Below are positions 26,000 to 39,300 of a stretch of DNA of 64,000 nucleotides, one piece after another. The position numbers and the translations under genes are program-made. How positions within the stretch are numbered: position 1 is the first letter of the stretch; every line of letters begins with the position of its first letter. Source of the DNA: Blasia pusilla (Eukaryota); NCBI GenBank assembly GCA_050084515.1, contig CM114271.1, forward strand, positions 8,556,001 through 8,620,000, given 5' to 3'. The notes under the pieces were generated by a model. That model worked only from the letters and a program-made list of their open reading frames with translations, searched no databases and had not been told where the DNA came from.

Positions 26000-26950
26000 G
26001 ATCTATCACAGGTATAGAAACGAGAGCACAAAATAATTCTTTCTGGTATGGACTCCACACCGAAAGACTAAACTGTTCCGACGTGATGTAAAACGCATAA
26101 ACCCTAACAGCTACCCAGGCTCTCTCCGACTCTACACAGCATGACAAACCAAAATGCAAGGACACGGTCTGCTGTTCGCCCAGAGTGATTAGCCCAGACC
26201 CTATTTGCGGAGAACCCGTCTCGCAGAACCGGTGAAATTGCTATCCGATCTAGAAATCAATCGGTACCGAAGATGTTCTCAGAGCGCGGGAAGAAGAAGG
26301 TGTCACATAGACAGAAATGCAAATGCAACAACTACGAAAAGGAAGACCCTGATTGTGGCATCAATAGACGACCCAAATCTGGGCGATTAGAGAAAAGACG
26401 CGACGACACTCGGACAGAACTGCCACTCTCGTCTGTGGAGGTAAGTGCCACAGCACTCTAGTGACGAATCTGCTCCTCTGCACGCTCTCGCTCTCCCTGT
26501 CGCACCTCTTTGATAATAGCACGACCGCTGGACTAAGACAATAGCCCCCCCGCGCTCGTACCCAGAGCAACGAGCGAAAGCAAGGTCGGTGGGCGTAACA
26601 GATAGGGCAAACTTTGACCGTCCGATCTTTCATCGTGCGTCACTCAAGCCTCTCGCCCCGCTGGAGTACGCCGACGTTGCGAACCGCCTAACATTCCAAG
26701 CAATACGTACGCACGCTTTCATTCCCCAATATGATCTAACTTGCTCATCCATACAAAATGGACATCCTTCCCAGGCCTTGTGGATTCTTTTGCCCGGGCT
26801 GCCCGGGAACTTAGCACATAAGCCGCAAAGGTTTTCAGCGGTTGCGGTAGTTTTGCGGTGGTCATTCCGGGTCGTCCGGAGAAGATATTTTCCCGGATTC
26901 GAACGCATGCTAGTTGAATGAAGTGAATCGATCCTTTGTGGTTTCGCAAT
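26000..26950 (-). promoter_or_regulatory. Putative 5' UTR/promoter of the FRIGIDA-like gene (CpG-rich)
   Basis: Immediately upstream of the ATG; visibly richer in CG than the flanking decayed repeats. Confidence 0.45.
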
Positions 26951-27211
26951 CGGTTATAGTGGGATAATGCAAGCATGAAAATCACCCGTGACGAAATACA
27001 TCTCTTTAATTTAGTTGATCGTGTTAGTTTGGCTTTTCTTATGATAGTTTCAGTCATGGCAAGAAGAAAAATATACATGTGTCAACATCCATGAATGGGT
27101 ATTCAAACCCATCCTCTTTTAATAATATAGATTTTTATATTGGGATGCAAATCAATTATTTTGATGATTTAATTGAAACACCTCGAGGACAATTCACAAA
27201 AGGATAGCCCG

Positions 27212-27412
27212 TATGGAGTGTGTGAAGAGGCAATGGTTCATGAGTCTAGAGTTCCTTTCTCACTTTATCACCTTATTCCATCACAAACCAAACTTTGATC
27301 TTAGATTCACTCATATGGAGTGTGTGAGGAGGCAATGGTTCATGAGTCTAGGGTTCCTTTCTCATTTTGTCGCCTTGTTTCATCACAAACCAAACTTTGA
27401 TCTTAGATTCAC
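27212..27412. repeat. Tandem duplication, 2 x ~102 bp
   Basis: tatggagtgtgtga...cttagattcac starting at 27212 and 27314. Confidence 0.9.
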
Positions 27413-27415
27413 AGT

Positions 27416-27843
27416 CACTACTAGAGATAAAGGCATCAAGACGATTCCATTGCGAGTCCATTATGGCCAAGAGCGTCTAATTTGAGAGTCCACTTTGTGC
27501 AATTCCATTTAGAGCCGATTGCGAGTCCACCTGGGTTTGCAAGTCACAACTGCTATGCAAGTCCAATTAGCCATTCTAGCATTTCAACTTCAAAGACTGA
27601 AGATGGGTTCGCAAATTCCGACTTTTCAGACTCACACTTTACGACTATGGGGGCTCTTAATGGACTCACAATGGGTTGTTAGAAGTCACAAATGTGCATG
27701 GTTGTCTTTTATTCCTCACAAAAGGCACTTCGAGAGCAGCGGAATCCTCATTTTCTGCTTGTGATATCCTACTTGGTGATAAGGAAGATGGGAAGTATCT
27801 CAAAGAGATGGGGAGTGTCTCTTTAGAGTCTTAACCAGTAGTG
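27416..27843. mobile_element. Possible small non-autonomous CACTA element
   Basis: CACTACT...AGTAGTG termini; repeated tgcgagtcca-like subterminal motifs; flanks agt/aat. Confidence 0.35.
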
Positions 27844-28879
27844 AATCCAATGAGATGCAATAGATTTTTTTGTTGCTTCCTTTGGAGAAAGGCATGTATT
27901 CACCCGTCAGTGTAGCAAATGAAGTCCATATGTCAACCGTAGTATCTCCTAAAACATTGAAGGACCCCTCAACATACAAATATTGAGTTGCCCTTGATAC
28001 CAAGCACTAGGCTTGAAAATTTCAAACCCACAAGTAAAAGAAAAAGTTGAAAAGGAGGGAGTATGTGCCTAATAGTAAAGAACGTCAAACCTTCAAGGGA
28101 CGTGTTGCGCACTCCAAGAAAGTTCATGATAGACTCAATTGCCAAAGAAGCACACCAATGGAGGGAATCACATCCATTCATCTATGGCTAAAAAAATGGT
28201 AATTATGTGACAATGCAATAGGTTAGGGACTCAGTTAATTATAGATGTGAATTATCCATTGGATTGTAACAAAATTGTGTAATATACATAAAATGTGTTA
28301 CATCTGTCACTCTACATCATAATGCAAAATATAAAAAAATTTCAAGGTTTGTCTATTCCTAGGGATGTGTATGGCAACATGCTTCCACCTATGAAAGTAT
28401 GGGTGATCCATTTAGAAACATTGCTCCACTTCTAAGGGAAAAATGAAGGGTTTATCAATCTCTCTATCATTCCCTCGGTGGAATCACGTGTCTACCTCAA
28501 ACACACAACAATAGAGGGCACTAGGCTGCGAAGGAGTATCCGATACCATGAGCACCACAAGGCAATGAATTGGAAGATGTGGAAGTCCAACTCTAATACC
28601 TATTCCAACACCCCAAAATATGGAAGTCATCCTTGATAATATTTATGACACATTTGGATGCTCACCATCCTTGCTCAAACGTACAACATACTCCATTTTC
28701 TTGAGTTTGTGCATATCACTCGTCCAACGCCTTGATCCAAAAATGTCAACCACTCCCTTGTAACTAGGTGAATGATTGAGCATTGGGAAGAGACCCCACA
28801 ACTCTCTCCACAATGTGAGGGTAATATAGGGTAATATGTGTGACCTCTTTTATAATGGAACAACAAGTCCTTATGCGAT

Positions 28880-29788
28880 GTTGTGATAGAGACCGAAGAT
28901 TAAGTCTAGTAGGTCATGGGTGACCTACTTGCAAGTAGTGTAACCTAATAGAATAGGTTTCCCTTTTGTGTAGAACCATATGGAGGTTATATGAGGAACT
29001 TATTATTGTGGTAAGTTCCCCATTTATATAAGCTTTGACTTCCTATTCGTGGACAATGGCTCTTGATCCACTATTGTAGGTTTAGGATCAAGTAGATGAC
29101 CTATGTGCGCATATCATCAAGGGGAGGATTTGGCGAGAGAGGGTATACCTCAAGGTGACGAAGCTATGGTGTTCCTTGCCTTATGAGTAACCCCATCCTC
29201 TCATCGTGAGAATGGGTTTGGTTTGATGAGAGAGAGTACTAATTTGTAGTGTCTATCGTAGCCTTGCGACCATAGACCTCGTGCCCTGGTCAGACAGTGC
29301 TTGAGACTACGATGGATGTAGAGATAAGAAAAAGTGAAGAAGGTAACATATAAAAGTAGGGAGACACTCTCATATAGTGTCGATGTTGACCAAAACATAT
29401 GTTGGTGCAGTGCTCCCCAAGTGTCACGAAGAAGCTCTTCACCACACCATCTACTTTACCTCACTATGATCCCCAAAAAACATTACTTACCAATCCAATA
29501 CCTTTGGGCAATGAATCTTGGCTACTTGATGTATTGAACACTTCTGGTGTTACGAGCTTATCAATATCAACATATGCTCATACTTTGTGTGTTGTCGATT
29601 TCGTGCACGAGACCAAGTAGTGACTAGAGGTTTCATCCCCGTCACTACATAAGGTAGGAGATTTAGTCATGCTCTCATCATGCTTTTCTTATGGTTCAAG
29701 GGTATTTCACCCCATCCTACACTTGAACTTAAGTTGGGTTCCCAAGCAAAGGGTTCACCACAAGTAGTTATTCATATTTAGGATATAC

Positions 29789-29871
<83 letters not shown>

Positions 29872-30179
29872 CAAATATCTTGATGGCTTCCTCCATGCTC
29901 TTCTATTGTGAGTGTTTGCCCAGTACTTTGGTTATGGTATCCATAAGTTTTTTCTTATCTTGCTCCCATAGTTCAAGCCCTGTTGGGAGCTTCATTGATT
30001 GGTCAATATCTTTCACCCTTTTTGTCCAAGATTTGGTAAGGGATATACCCAAAGAGAGGGAGCTTGGGAGCTCATTCACTCTTTTTTGAACCTTTTGGCA
30101 TGAGGCAATGGAGCTAAGGTTCTCCTTGCCTTGGGAGTATCGCAAGCCTCTCATAAGGAGAGTGGGTTTGGTTTGACAT

Positions 30180-30205
<26 letters not shown>
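28880..30205 (+). repeat. Diverged LTR fragments related to the family M LTR
   Basis: 28900-29240 and 30030-30190 resemble 17030-17420 (gggtatacctcaagg...ccttgcctt...gggtttggttt). Confidence 0.65.
29793..29869. repeat. (GA)n microsatellite, ~38 units; a shorter one lies at 30180-30205
   Basis: Direct reading. Confidence 0.98.
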
Positions 30206-30210
<5 letters not shown>

Positions 30211-32399
30211 TTTGTGTGAGAGATTTTGAGTGATCTTGATTTATAAAGAGAGAATGAAGGATTGAGAGCTCTACAATGTGGGAGCTCGTTTTTTCTGATT
30301 GCTTTTCCTATTCAACGGCTCATGGGAGCAAGATCCGCTCGTTTGTGTCATCCGGTAGCCACATTTGTGTATGATAGAGAGACATGTCGAAGCATTGGGC
30401 ATTTTTTGTAGGATTTAAGTACATGTTAGTATTTTCCATTGTAGGGCTCTGAAGAGCATCACTTTGCTCGTTGGATTTCTATTGTGTAGATTTATAATTT
30501 TCACGGGATAAATCAGTGTGAAAGTGTTGCAAAAAAATTTTAGGAGTTGAGGCCGTGGGTTGCAAAAAATTATTGCCAATTTCAAATAGAAGGTCGCATG
30601 AAGGAGCTAATTTTCTGGCATCATATATCAATGAGTCATGAACACTCCGAAAGAAAAAGGTGTGCAATTTATATCAATTTAAGCAAGAACGCTATAACCA
30701 CAATGTGAGTGAGCAATTTTGAACTTGGGTGTAACTCTTTACGAGGAGTGTGGAAAAGTAAAAAAACTTGTTATCTTGAGTGGATACTCAATGTAAAACT
30801 TATTAATAAGAGGCAAATGAGCAAAAACTTTCTTTGGTGGGTGTTGACCCAAAATTCTTGGGCTTAGTGGAGTATGAGGAAAATTTGAGATAATTATTAT
30901 GAGTGAACCCTTTTCTTAAGGGGTTAGTGGAGTGGGGAAAGAAAAAAAAGACATCGAATTTTAAGTAAGGTTTAAAAAGAGCCATCTATATCCATGTGTG
31001 ATATTCCATATTCATATAACTACCATTGACGATCATTGACCATCTATCGGTCCACCACCGTCATCTATTTGACTATCGCCAACTACCACTCGTTGCTTCT
31101 AAGCTTTCGTTGACGATTGCCTCTACTATTATTCAACGAACACTTAGAATTTTTTCAAACCAAAATTTTCTATCTAAGTATTAGTGACCAAGTGCAAGGG
31201 CTGAATTTTTTACCACTATTTCGTGTTGTCGATGCCAACAAGACCATTGTAGTCACCTCGTCATCAATTGCTACGCACCGATTGATTGCAAATACCAATA
31301 AACGATATTTGAAGACCTTATTAATGATAGGCTTGAGTTATGAGTTTATTTCTACTATGCCTAGTGATTGGTAACCACTCAACATCGATGGTGTGTTGTG
31401 TCATGACACTTGTAGCCGCAACGCGCCACCTATTGCCACGTTGTGCCGCTCGTGGCTGCACTATACTATCTCAATCATAGAGCCACACAAGCATAGAGAC
31501 ATACAAATTTTATTTTTTATGGAGGAGGAGATGTCATTGCTTGTCGCATCCTATTTTCAAGTGCTATGCTATTTGTAATTGTTTTGTGTCGTACCGTATG
31601 GTTGTAACCGCACTACACCGCACACTAAGGAGGTTTAAGCACCGTCAACATCAGGGAGTAAAACTTGCAAATTGGAGGAGTTTTTTCAAAATTAAGTTGG
31701 GCTCAAGTTTTTAGTTGCTCATGAGCGACTTCAACATTGTGTTCATATTATCCATTTTGATCTTTTTCCTTGTACGTATGAGGGATTTTCGGATATTGGA
31801 GTTTGTGAAGATGTCGAGATCATCCTTGATATATGTGGTTAGGGGACATAGAACTATATGGGATGTCCAATATTTTGGATAAGCTATGTCAATGAGACGA
31901 TATACAAGTATCCAAGTAACTGCATTACACACGTCTTAGTGGAAGGTTATGTAGATTGAGTGCCACATGTTTTAATTCCAAGTGATTGAGGGATCAATTA
32001 CAAGGTTGAGAATGATCATGTGAAGGAACAAAAAGGTTGTCACTTCATCCTTTTGGGACTTTGAGATATGAGATGATGTGCTCGAGAGTAGCCCTAGAGG
32101 GTGTACGTGGATTGGGGCAAGGTTTTGAGAGTCTCCATGTGAGGGATCGTCTCGAACTCCGTTTGTGTCTTCCTTTGATGAGAGAAAGGTCTTAGAGGAG
32201 GATTTTGTTAGTGCATTGACGCACGTGTTGAGTGGTCCCACCATTTGGACGAGATAGAAGACCGAAATAAAGGACCATGTACATTTTTGAGAGTTGTGGA
32301 TACCATAGAGTTGCATGACTTCATCACACTTTTAAGAGTTGGTGTGATTTACAAAAGGATAGGAACTCTAAAGATTTCAACCCCTTTATAGCATGGAAT

Positions 32400-35300
32400 G
32401 GTATATTCTAGCACCTAAAAGGAGAACCTATGGGCAATAACCATGAGTTTCCCCATGAGAGGGCTAGGATGATAGGAAGAGCGGAAATGTACGATTCACA
32501 CTTGAGATTAAGGCATGGAGACTCTACTATGACCCACGTTACATGTCATGGACTAAGCCATTTCTAGCTAAGGAGGAGGATTCTTTGCAAAGTTGCAAAA
32601 GATCTACCAAGGGATATAGATTGAGAAGTTTTCGAGCATCCATGAATTTCATAGGCACACGGGGGGAGATTCTACGAGAGGCATTTACTTGCCTACGTTA
32701 GTTGATTACTGTCACTCAAGGGGTGACAGAGGCCTCGGCCGTCCAACCATTGTATCGAATGCTCGAATGAGATATACGAAAATGGGTGAGGGATGCAATA
32801 CCCATACTACCCACCTCACCTATGTTGAGGGATATCTTTGACATGGCTAAGCATATTGAGCGCAACATAGCGGAGGAGAGTGTAGTACCTATGAGTTACA
32901 CGCGAGAGTTGCCACAATTGCCTATAATATTAGTGCAACAATGTGTATCTTGAGAGAGGAGTATGGTGCCACGAGCTCATGGAGGTTATCAAGAGCATGT
33001 GCCACAATATTATATATGGTGCACCTATGTTATTGTATATGGGTCAGTAATAGCCATGAGTAATTTTTGGGCAAGTGGTGGACTCCATCACCAGCAGGAT
33101 TGCACCCGTCAGGATAAGGGACACGTGTCCTAACTCGCAATAGTAGATGGGCCCCCAACATGAGTATTTGAGTGTGACCTTTGTCAACCGTAAGGTTATA
33201 TGCATGCTAGCATCATATAGCTCATCCTTTACTTCATCTAGCTTCATCCCAAAGCACTCACAAAGTTAAGCTTTGGAAGCGGAATACTTAGATTGCCCAT
33301 TCCGTAGGTAGCCAAGAAGCCGCCCAATGCTAGCGCTAATCGGGTCGAGTCTCCCAAAGTGTGTGACATCTCCCTAGAAAGCCTCTTCCTCAAGCCTTGA
33401 CCAATCTCCCCAAGTTGCTCATCTGAAACGAAGCACATAAATTAATTCCTTAAGGTGAGTCCCTTAGCTCAAACTTGAAACACAACCAAACCCGCATCGC
33501 GGTTAGTTCCTAGTTCAAGGGCTTACACGGGTAGGGAAGGAGAGTGTCCCCCCCATAGGTTATTCTCAAGCTCTCAGGGAAAACCCCACCTTCCCCTCGA
33601 GCCCTTGATTTTGGCCCTCAACCCAAACATTGTTCACGATCCACAAATCAGTGTTCGACTAGTTACCCATCAAGATGGCTTGGCGGAGGCTTCTTACAAC
33701 TTATGCAACTCTTCGCTCTCCAAATGCATCTTAGAGCTTAGACCTACATTTCATTTGTCTCATGGCTAGTCCCCATATTGACTCCCCATTTGGCATCTCA
33801 TGGTTGTCTTGCCGCCCTTTTCGTTTCGTGACTAGTCTAGTGGCATCTCACCAATCTTGACTACTCATATGTTCCTTGCTTCCCGTCCTTGACTTGGCGT
33901 TTGGCTCCAAGTTCTAAAGAATTTATTGCCTTGTCTTTTTCCCTACAAGTAGCTATGCCTCTTTCTCACCTAAGGCCAGTCACAAGACATGTGCGCATCT
34001 CACCTAGTGTTAGTCGCGCGGTTGGTTCAACCGCCCTTCTTAGTCTCGCGACTAGCTAGTCTAGGTTGTAACTTTGGTGGGTCACACCAAAGTCTTTCCT
34101 CCTTGGACCAGAAATCATGACTCACTTTCCAAGTCCCCGCTTGTGTAGGCATCAGAGACTTAGCTATTTGCGAGGGCTAGATGTTTTAGCCTACATGCAC
34201 CTTGAGCTATGTCCAAATTGTGGACCAAAGATAGCACCATAGCGAGTTGACGGTACGCGAGGGACCATAGGTTGTGCGCTTGGTGGTCCTATAGGAGGAC
34301 AAGGAGTTGGATTTTTCTATAGAGGAGGTGGATATGCCCCATGTAGGAGGTAGAGTTTTGCCACCTAAATGAGTTGAGGGAGACTCATGGCATAAGGTTG
34401 GGATGGTTGCTCAAGTAGAGCAATTACAATAGTAGATTTCCACAATGGTGTTGAGATTACCTAATGCCAAGTCAATGGTATTGACCTCATGTGGACCATC
34501 CAAAGACATGGAGGATCGTGTTTGGATGTGTAGGGTTGCATAGATGGAGGCAATTGCTATCGTTACTCTTGGAGAAGATGTAGAGTTGGATCCATAGAGA
34601 GGGAAAGCCGAAACAGACATGGATTCCTCAATTATTTACTTTGTTAGAGGCGATGAGGACCCCATCAGTTAGAGTTCCAAGATGGAGATGTTGTTGGTGT
34701 ACATGCACGATGGACATTGGGAAAAGCAATTGCGACGACTACTATTATTGATGCTCAAATGGAGCCCGTGTTGAGTATGTTAATGGGGCGGCCATTGCTA
34801 TGCATCATGCCCTATGGTTTTCAGCCTTTGATGTTTTGACATTGGGAGGTGCGCTCATCAAGGTTTTTTGGTTGGCCGCTATGCTATGTGAGCATGAAGA
34901 TGGGGTTAATACCTTGTGTTCAGTGGTAGTTTGAGAGGAGATTATGGAGTTTCCCTTGGATTCGGTGTTTGGACCGTGCACCTCATATTCATGGTAAGAT
35001 GAGACTGCTAGGATGGCATAGATTCCCACTAGACTTGCTATAGAGCATGTTATGGTTTCTCTAGATGTTATCTTGTTAGTTAACCAGGGAGAGATCTTCC
35101 ATTTGGTGAGTCCAAGAAGTATAATGTTTGCAACATGTCTTGTTGAATTTGAGAGTGCAACCCATGATGTTGGGGAAGGCGGCATTAACAAGATTAGGCC
35201 TAACAAGGGCCGATGTGGAGCATTTCCCATTCAACATATATGTAGATATCCTTGGATGAAGTGACTACAAAGAAATTTATCAATCCACATGAGATCATGG

Positions 35301-35993
35301 TGAGGATTTGACCTCGACATTCGTTATATCAGTTCGGGTGCAAGCCAAGGTGTTAGTGATCGCTGCCAAGTCCTATGACATCCTGATTGGTGGAGAAATT
35401 TTGTATCTTGTGGGTTTCATCCCAGATTACTAGGAGGAGTCCAAGTCCAAGAGAACAAGATATGTAGCAGTTAGATAATGGGCGACTTGCTCATTACCAA
35501 TCCGTTTTACGAATGGAGTGATTGAGCAACGACCAAGAGAGGTGGCGACTATGGAAACATTCAATAGCACCATCATTTGGCATGAGTATTTGATTGAGGG
35601 GCATGTCCATGCAGAGGACACACCCCTGACTAAAACCACTGTAAAGGGGAGTATTATGGTAATTGCATCATTTCGTGGAGGGGAGGTACCTTTGTGGGGC
35701 TCAAGCAAGGAGCTTGGACGCCTAGTTGATAGGCACTGGTATATTGCTTGGAGTTAGACCTTTGCACCAGATCACAATGGATCAGAGGAGCCCAAGGTAG
35801 CAAGGACTCTTACGATTTCACCCTTGGACTCCGCACTGATTGTGGGATGTATCCCAAAGGAGTAAAGTAGAGTGTTGGATCTCTTTGGAGGGATCAACAT
35901 TGGATTAGCTATTTTTTTGTAGGCAAGAGTGCGTATCCAACATTATTTTTATGTGGAGCATGATGAGGTTATAAGGCACATCTCACTTTGATA
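32400..35993 (+). mobile_element. Family M copy 2, 5' half (gag, protease, start of MTase), with an LTR-like insertion at ~33205-34165
   Basis: Collinear with ~10080-12480; YLIEGHVHAEDTP; RVLDLFGGI at ~35870. Confidence 0.85.
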
Positions 35994-36373
35994 TTTCGTG
36001 CGCTTTTGAACGTCAATCTTAAACATTGTGGAAGCGTATGTTTAGTAGGTAATGCTCCCTCTGTTGATGTGCATCCAAACACACTCTTATTAGTCTTGGT
36101 TTGAGTCAACTAGCCTTCCAACTCATCGAGTTCTCAACTCAGACATCCATCAAGCTCAACAGGTCCTAACTCCTCACTTCCCAACACAAGCAAGTATTCA
36201 TAGACTTGGGACAGAATTTTTGGATAGTCCAACATCTAAAATAACACTCGCATGCCTAGTGGTCCCAACTGTCCAATGGAGCTTGCATGAGTCCTTCACC
36301 AAGACCAAAAATTTGAGTTACGCGTTGGAATCCAAGGGTGACATCCGAAAATTACTCCCTTGGACTTAGCTTG
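35994..36373 (-). repeat. Family A solo LTR, first part (second part at 44795-45430)
   Basis: Homologous to ~4151-4490; cut by the copia LTR after GCTTG. Confidence 0.8.
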
Positions 36374-39300
36374 TATTGAAGACTGAGTAACAATCAAGCT
36401 CATCATAGATCCGAATTGCTATATTTGGAACTCATACGAAGTAGGGAAGGTTAATCTTGGTTAGTTAGTGAAGCGTGATTATCTTAACTATGGTGGTTAA
36501 TCACAATTAGTCTAACTCGAGATTAGGGTTAAGATTAGGGTTAGGGTTGCTTGTACATATCCTATATAATCGAGAAGGGGACTAGCCTCCACTTATTGTC
36601 TCATTAACAAATTTCATTCTCGATGATGGTGTGTGAGTGAGAGTTGTTTCCCACCAATTATGCTTCTTAAGTAGTTTTCTATATGGTATCAGAGCGATAA
36701 GAGAACATCAATTGAATTTCTTGGTGTTTGAGGAGAGAAGAGAAGTAAGAGAAGGAACAAATTTAGTTAGGGAGAAGGAAGTTTTGTTCATAGCTTAGTG
36801 GGTGCAGATTTCAGATGGATTTGTGACGGTGATAACATTTTGGAGCCATTTTTTAGGGCTTTCTCGATGGATTTAGCCATCTGGGTCAGCATCGGTCTAC
36901 ATGATGTCAAAGACTGGTTTCAACAGTCTTTTAGAGCTCGTTGAGATCTTTTGAATGCATCCTAAATTGCTCGATTATGACATTATAAGCTCATGCAATA
37001 GCAGTTTAAGTGTAGGAAAGTGCAATTAGTGAAGAAAAGTTGTGTAGTTTGCTATCTACACGCAAATTTTGACTAGTTCTTTCATATAGTTGATCAATTT
37101 TGGAAAATTTCATGTCCATTTCTATTTGCGAGTGATCTATCATTCAATTGGAGTAGTGGAGAGCCTGAAATTATATTTTTTTGAGTAAAATTGTTCTTCA
37201 TGGAGTATTCCTCAACAACAATCACAACCGAGAAGCTAGACAATCAAAATTACAACGTCTAGAAGTTTCGCATAAAACAAATTATCATGGGCCAAGAACT
37301 ATGGGAGCTTGTTACAGGTAATGAGGCCAATCCACAAGGTTATTCAACAGACTTGAATGTTTGTGAATAAACGCGCAAGGCAAGTAATTCACTACATTTT
37401 AATAATTATCAGTTCGCCAATGATAGGTCATATTCAAGATGTTGATACTGCGGAGAAGGCTGGGGATGCATTGAAATTTTTTTTTAGACATCTACAAAGG
37501 CCATAAAACTTCAATTGAAACAGTAATTGAACGAAGTGATGAAAGGATCGCAAAGCATCAATGACTATACTTTGAATATCAGACATATTGTTGATCAGTT
37601 GAATAGCATTGGAATGATAGTAGAAGATAACGATATTATTTGTTTGCTCTTCAAGGCCTTCTAAAGGATTACAAGTCCTTTGAGACATCTATCTTTGTGA
37701 GAAAGAAGTATCAAACCTTTCAGGAGTAAGTCCCACTGTTAATGAGTGAAGAGATGCGCCTAGTAGATAGCGATAGCTCGTCTAGTCTGCAAGAGAGTGC
37801 ATTAATTGCAGGTAATGGATTAGACAAAGGCAAGGGCTGTCGTAGAAGCTTTTGTGGTCGTAGTGTATATCAAGAGACACTCAATTGAATATCACTCAAT
37901 CACCTACAAATGAGTATTAGATAGAATCACAAGGTGGTGATGGTGGAAACCCTTGGGGTCGAGGTCAATAGTAGAGGATCCCTAAGTCTTGCAATTAGTG
38001 TGGAATAAAGGGTCACTATGCAAAAAATTTCTTTAAGAAGAAGGCAGATATGAGAACATGAACCTTACAGCAAAAAAACTATGTGGAGCAACAATACCAA
38101 GGGGAGTATCAAGAACAACAATATTTACAAACTGAGCATCTCTTGGTCATGACTCATCATATGGGAGCAATGGTCAAGAAAGATCCGACATCAAATTTTT
38201 ATATCGACTCTGATGCATCAAATCACATGTCCTCACAAGCTAAATAGCTTAGTAGTATGGAGCCGATGAAAGATTATGCAGTAGTGCTCACAAAAGATGA
38301 CACTAAGCATCATATCACGCATACCGGTAAGTTCAAATAGCATCACATGGTCTTTGTGCTCTTGGAAATATTCTCTATATTCCTCCCATTGCAAGAAACT
38401 TTATTTTTGTAGGGCAAATAGTATAAGAGGATTATCAAGTGAAGTTTAACAAAACTGGTTGTTTCATTGAAATAACGGGTGACCATACTACGATAGCCAA
38501 AAGAACTAGATTTGGCAAAATATTCAAATTAGATGTTTCTATGCCAAAGGTTCAAACAACAATATATGGTCGAATTGGCCAACAAGTCACAGATCTAAAT
38601 GTGTGGCATAAGAGAATTAGACATATGAATCTTCGAAGATTACATAGTCTTTCTTCGTCTAGTCCAGTAATATGACTTTTTAAATTAGCGAGTCTTGTTA
38701 CGTTAGAGGTTGGCCTTGCTTGCCAATTTGGAAAACAAGGTAGATTTCCATTTCCAAGGCAAGGTAGAAGAGCATCCAAGATATTGGAGTTGATTCACAT
38801 TGATGTGTGGACAATATCACAACATAGCCTTAGTGGTTTCCAATACTTTGTTTTATTTATTGATGATTTCTCTAGGTATATATGGATATATTTTCAGAAA
38901 GCCAAGTGAGAGGTATTCTTAGTGTTCCAAACATTTAGAGTTCTACCAGAGAAGTAGATTAGAGAACACATTCTGAAATTGCATTGTGGTGGAGGAGGAG
39001 AGTATCTTCCAACAAAGTTTGATGACTACTCGTATCATCCAACGTCAAATGACTTGCCATTACACTCCATAACAAAATGGAATGGTTGAAAGGAAGAATC
39101 AACATGTTTCTTAGGCGGCACGAGCTATGTTGAATAAGAAGAACACGCCTAAGGTGTATTGGATAGAGGTTATAACGTGTGCAATCTTCTTAATCAACCA
39201 AACTCCAAAGTACAACATGAGTTCATGATAAGACTCCATTCAAAGTCTTCACAGGGAGTAACCTGATTTTTCCTTCTTGAAAGTCTTTGGATGTATTAGT

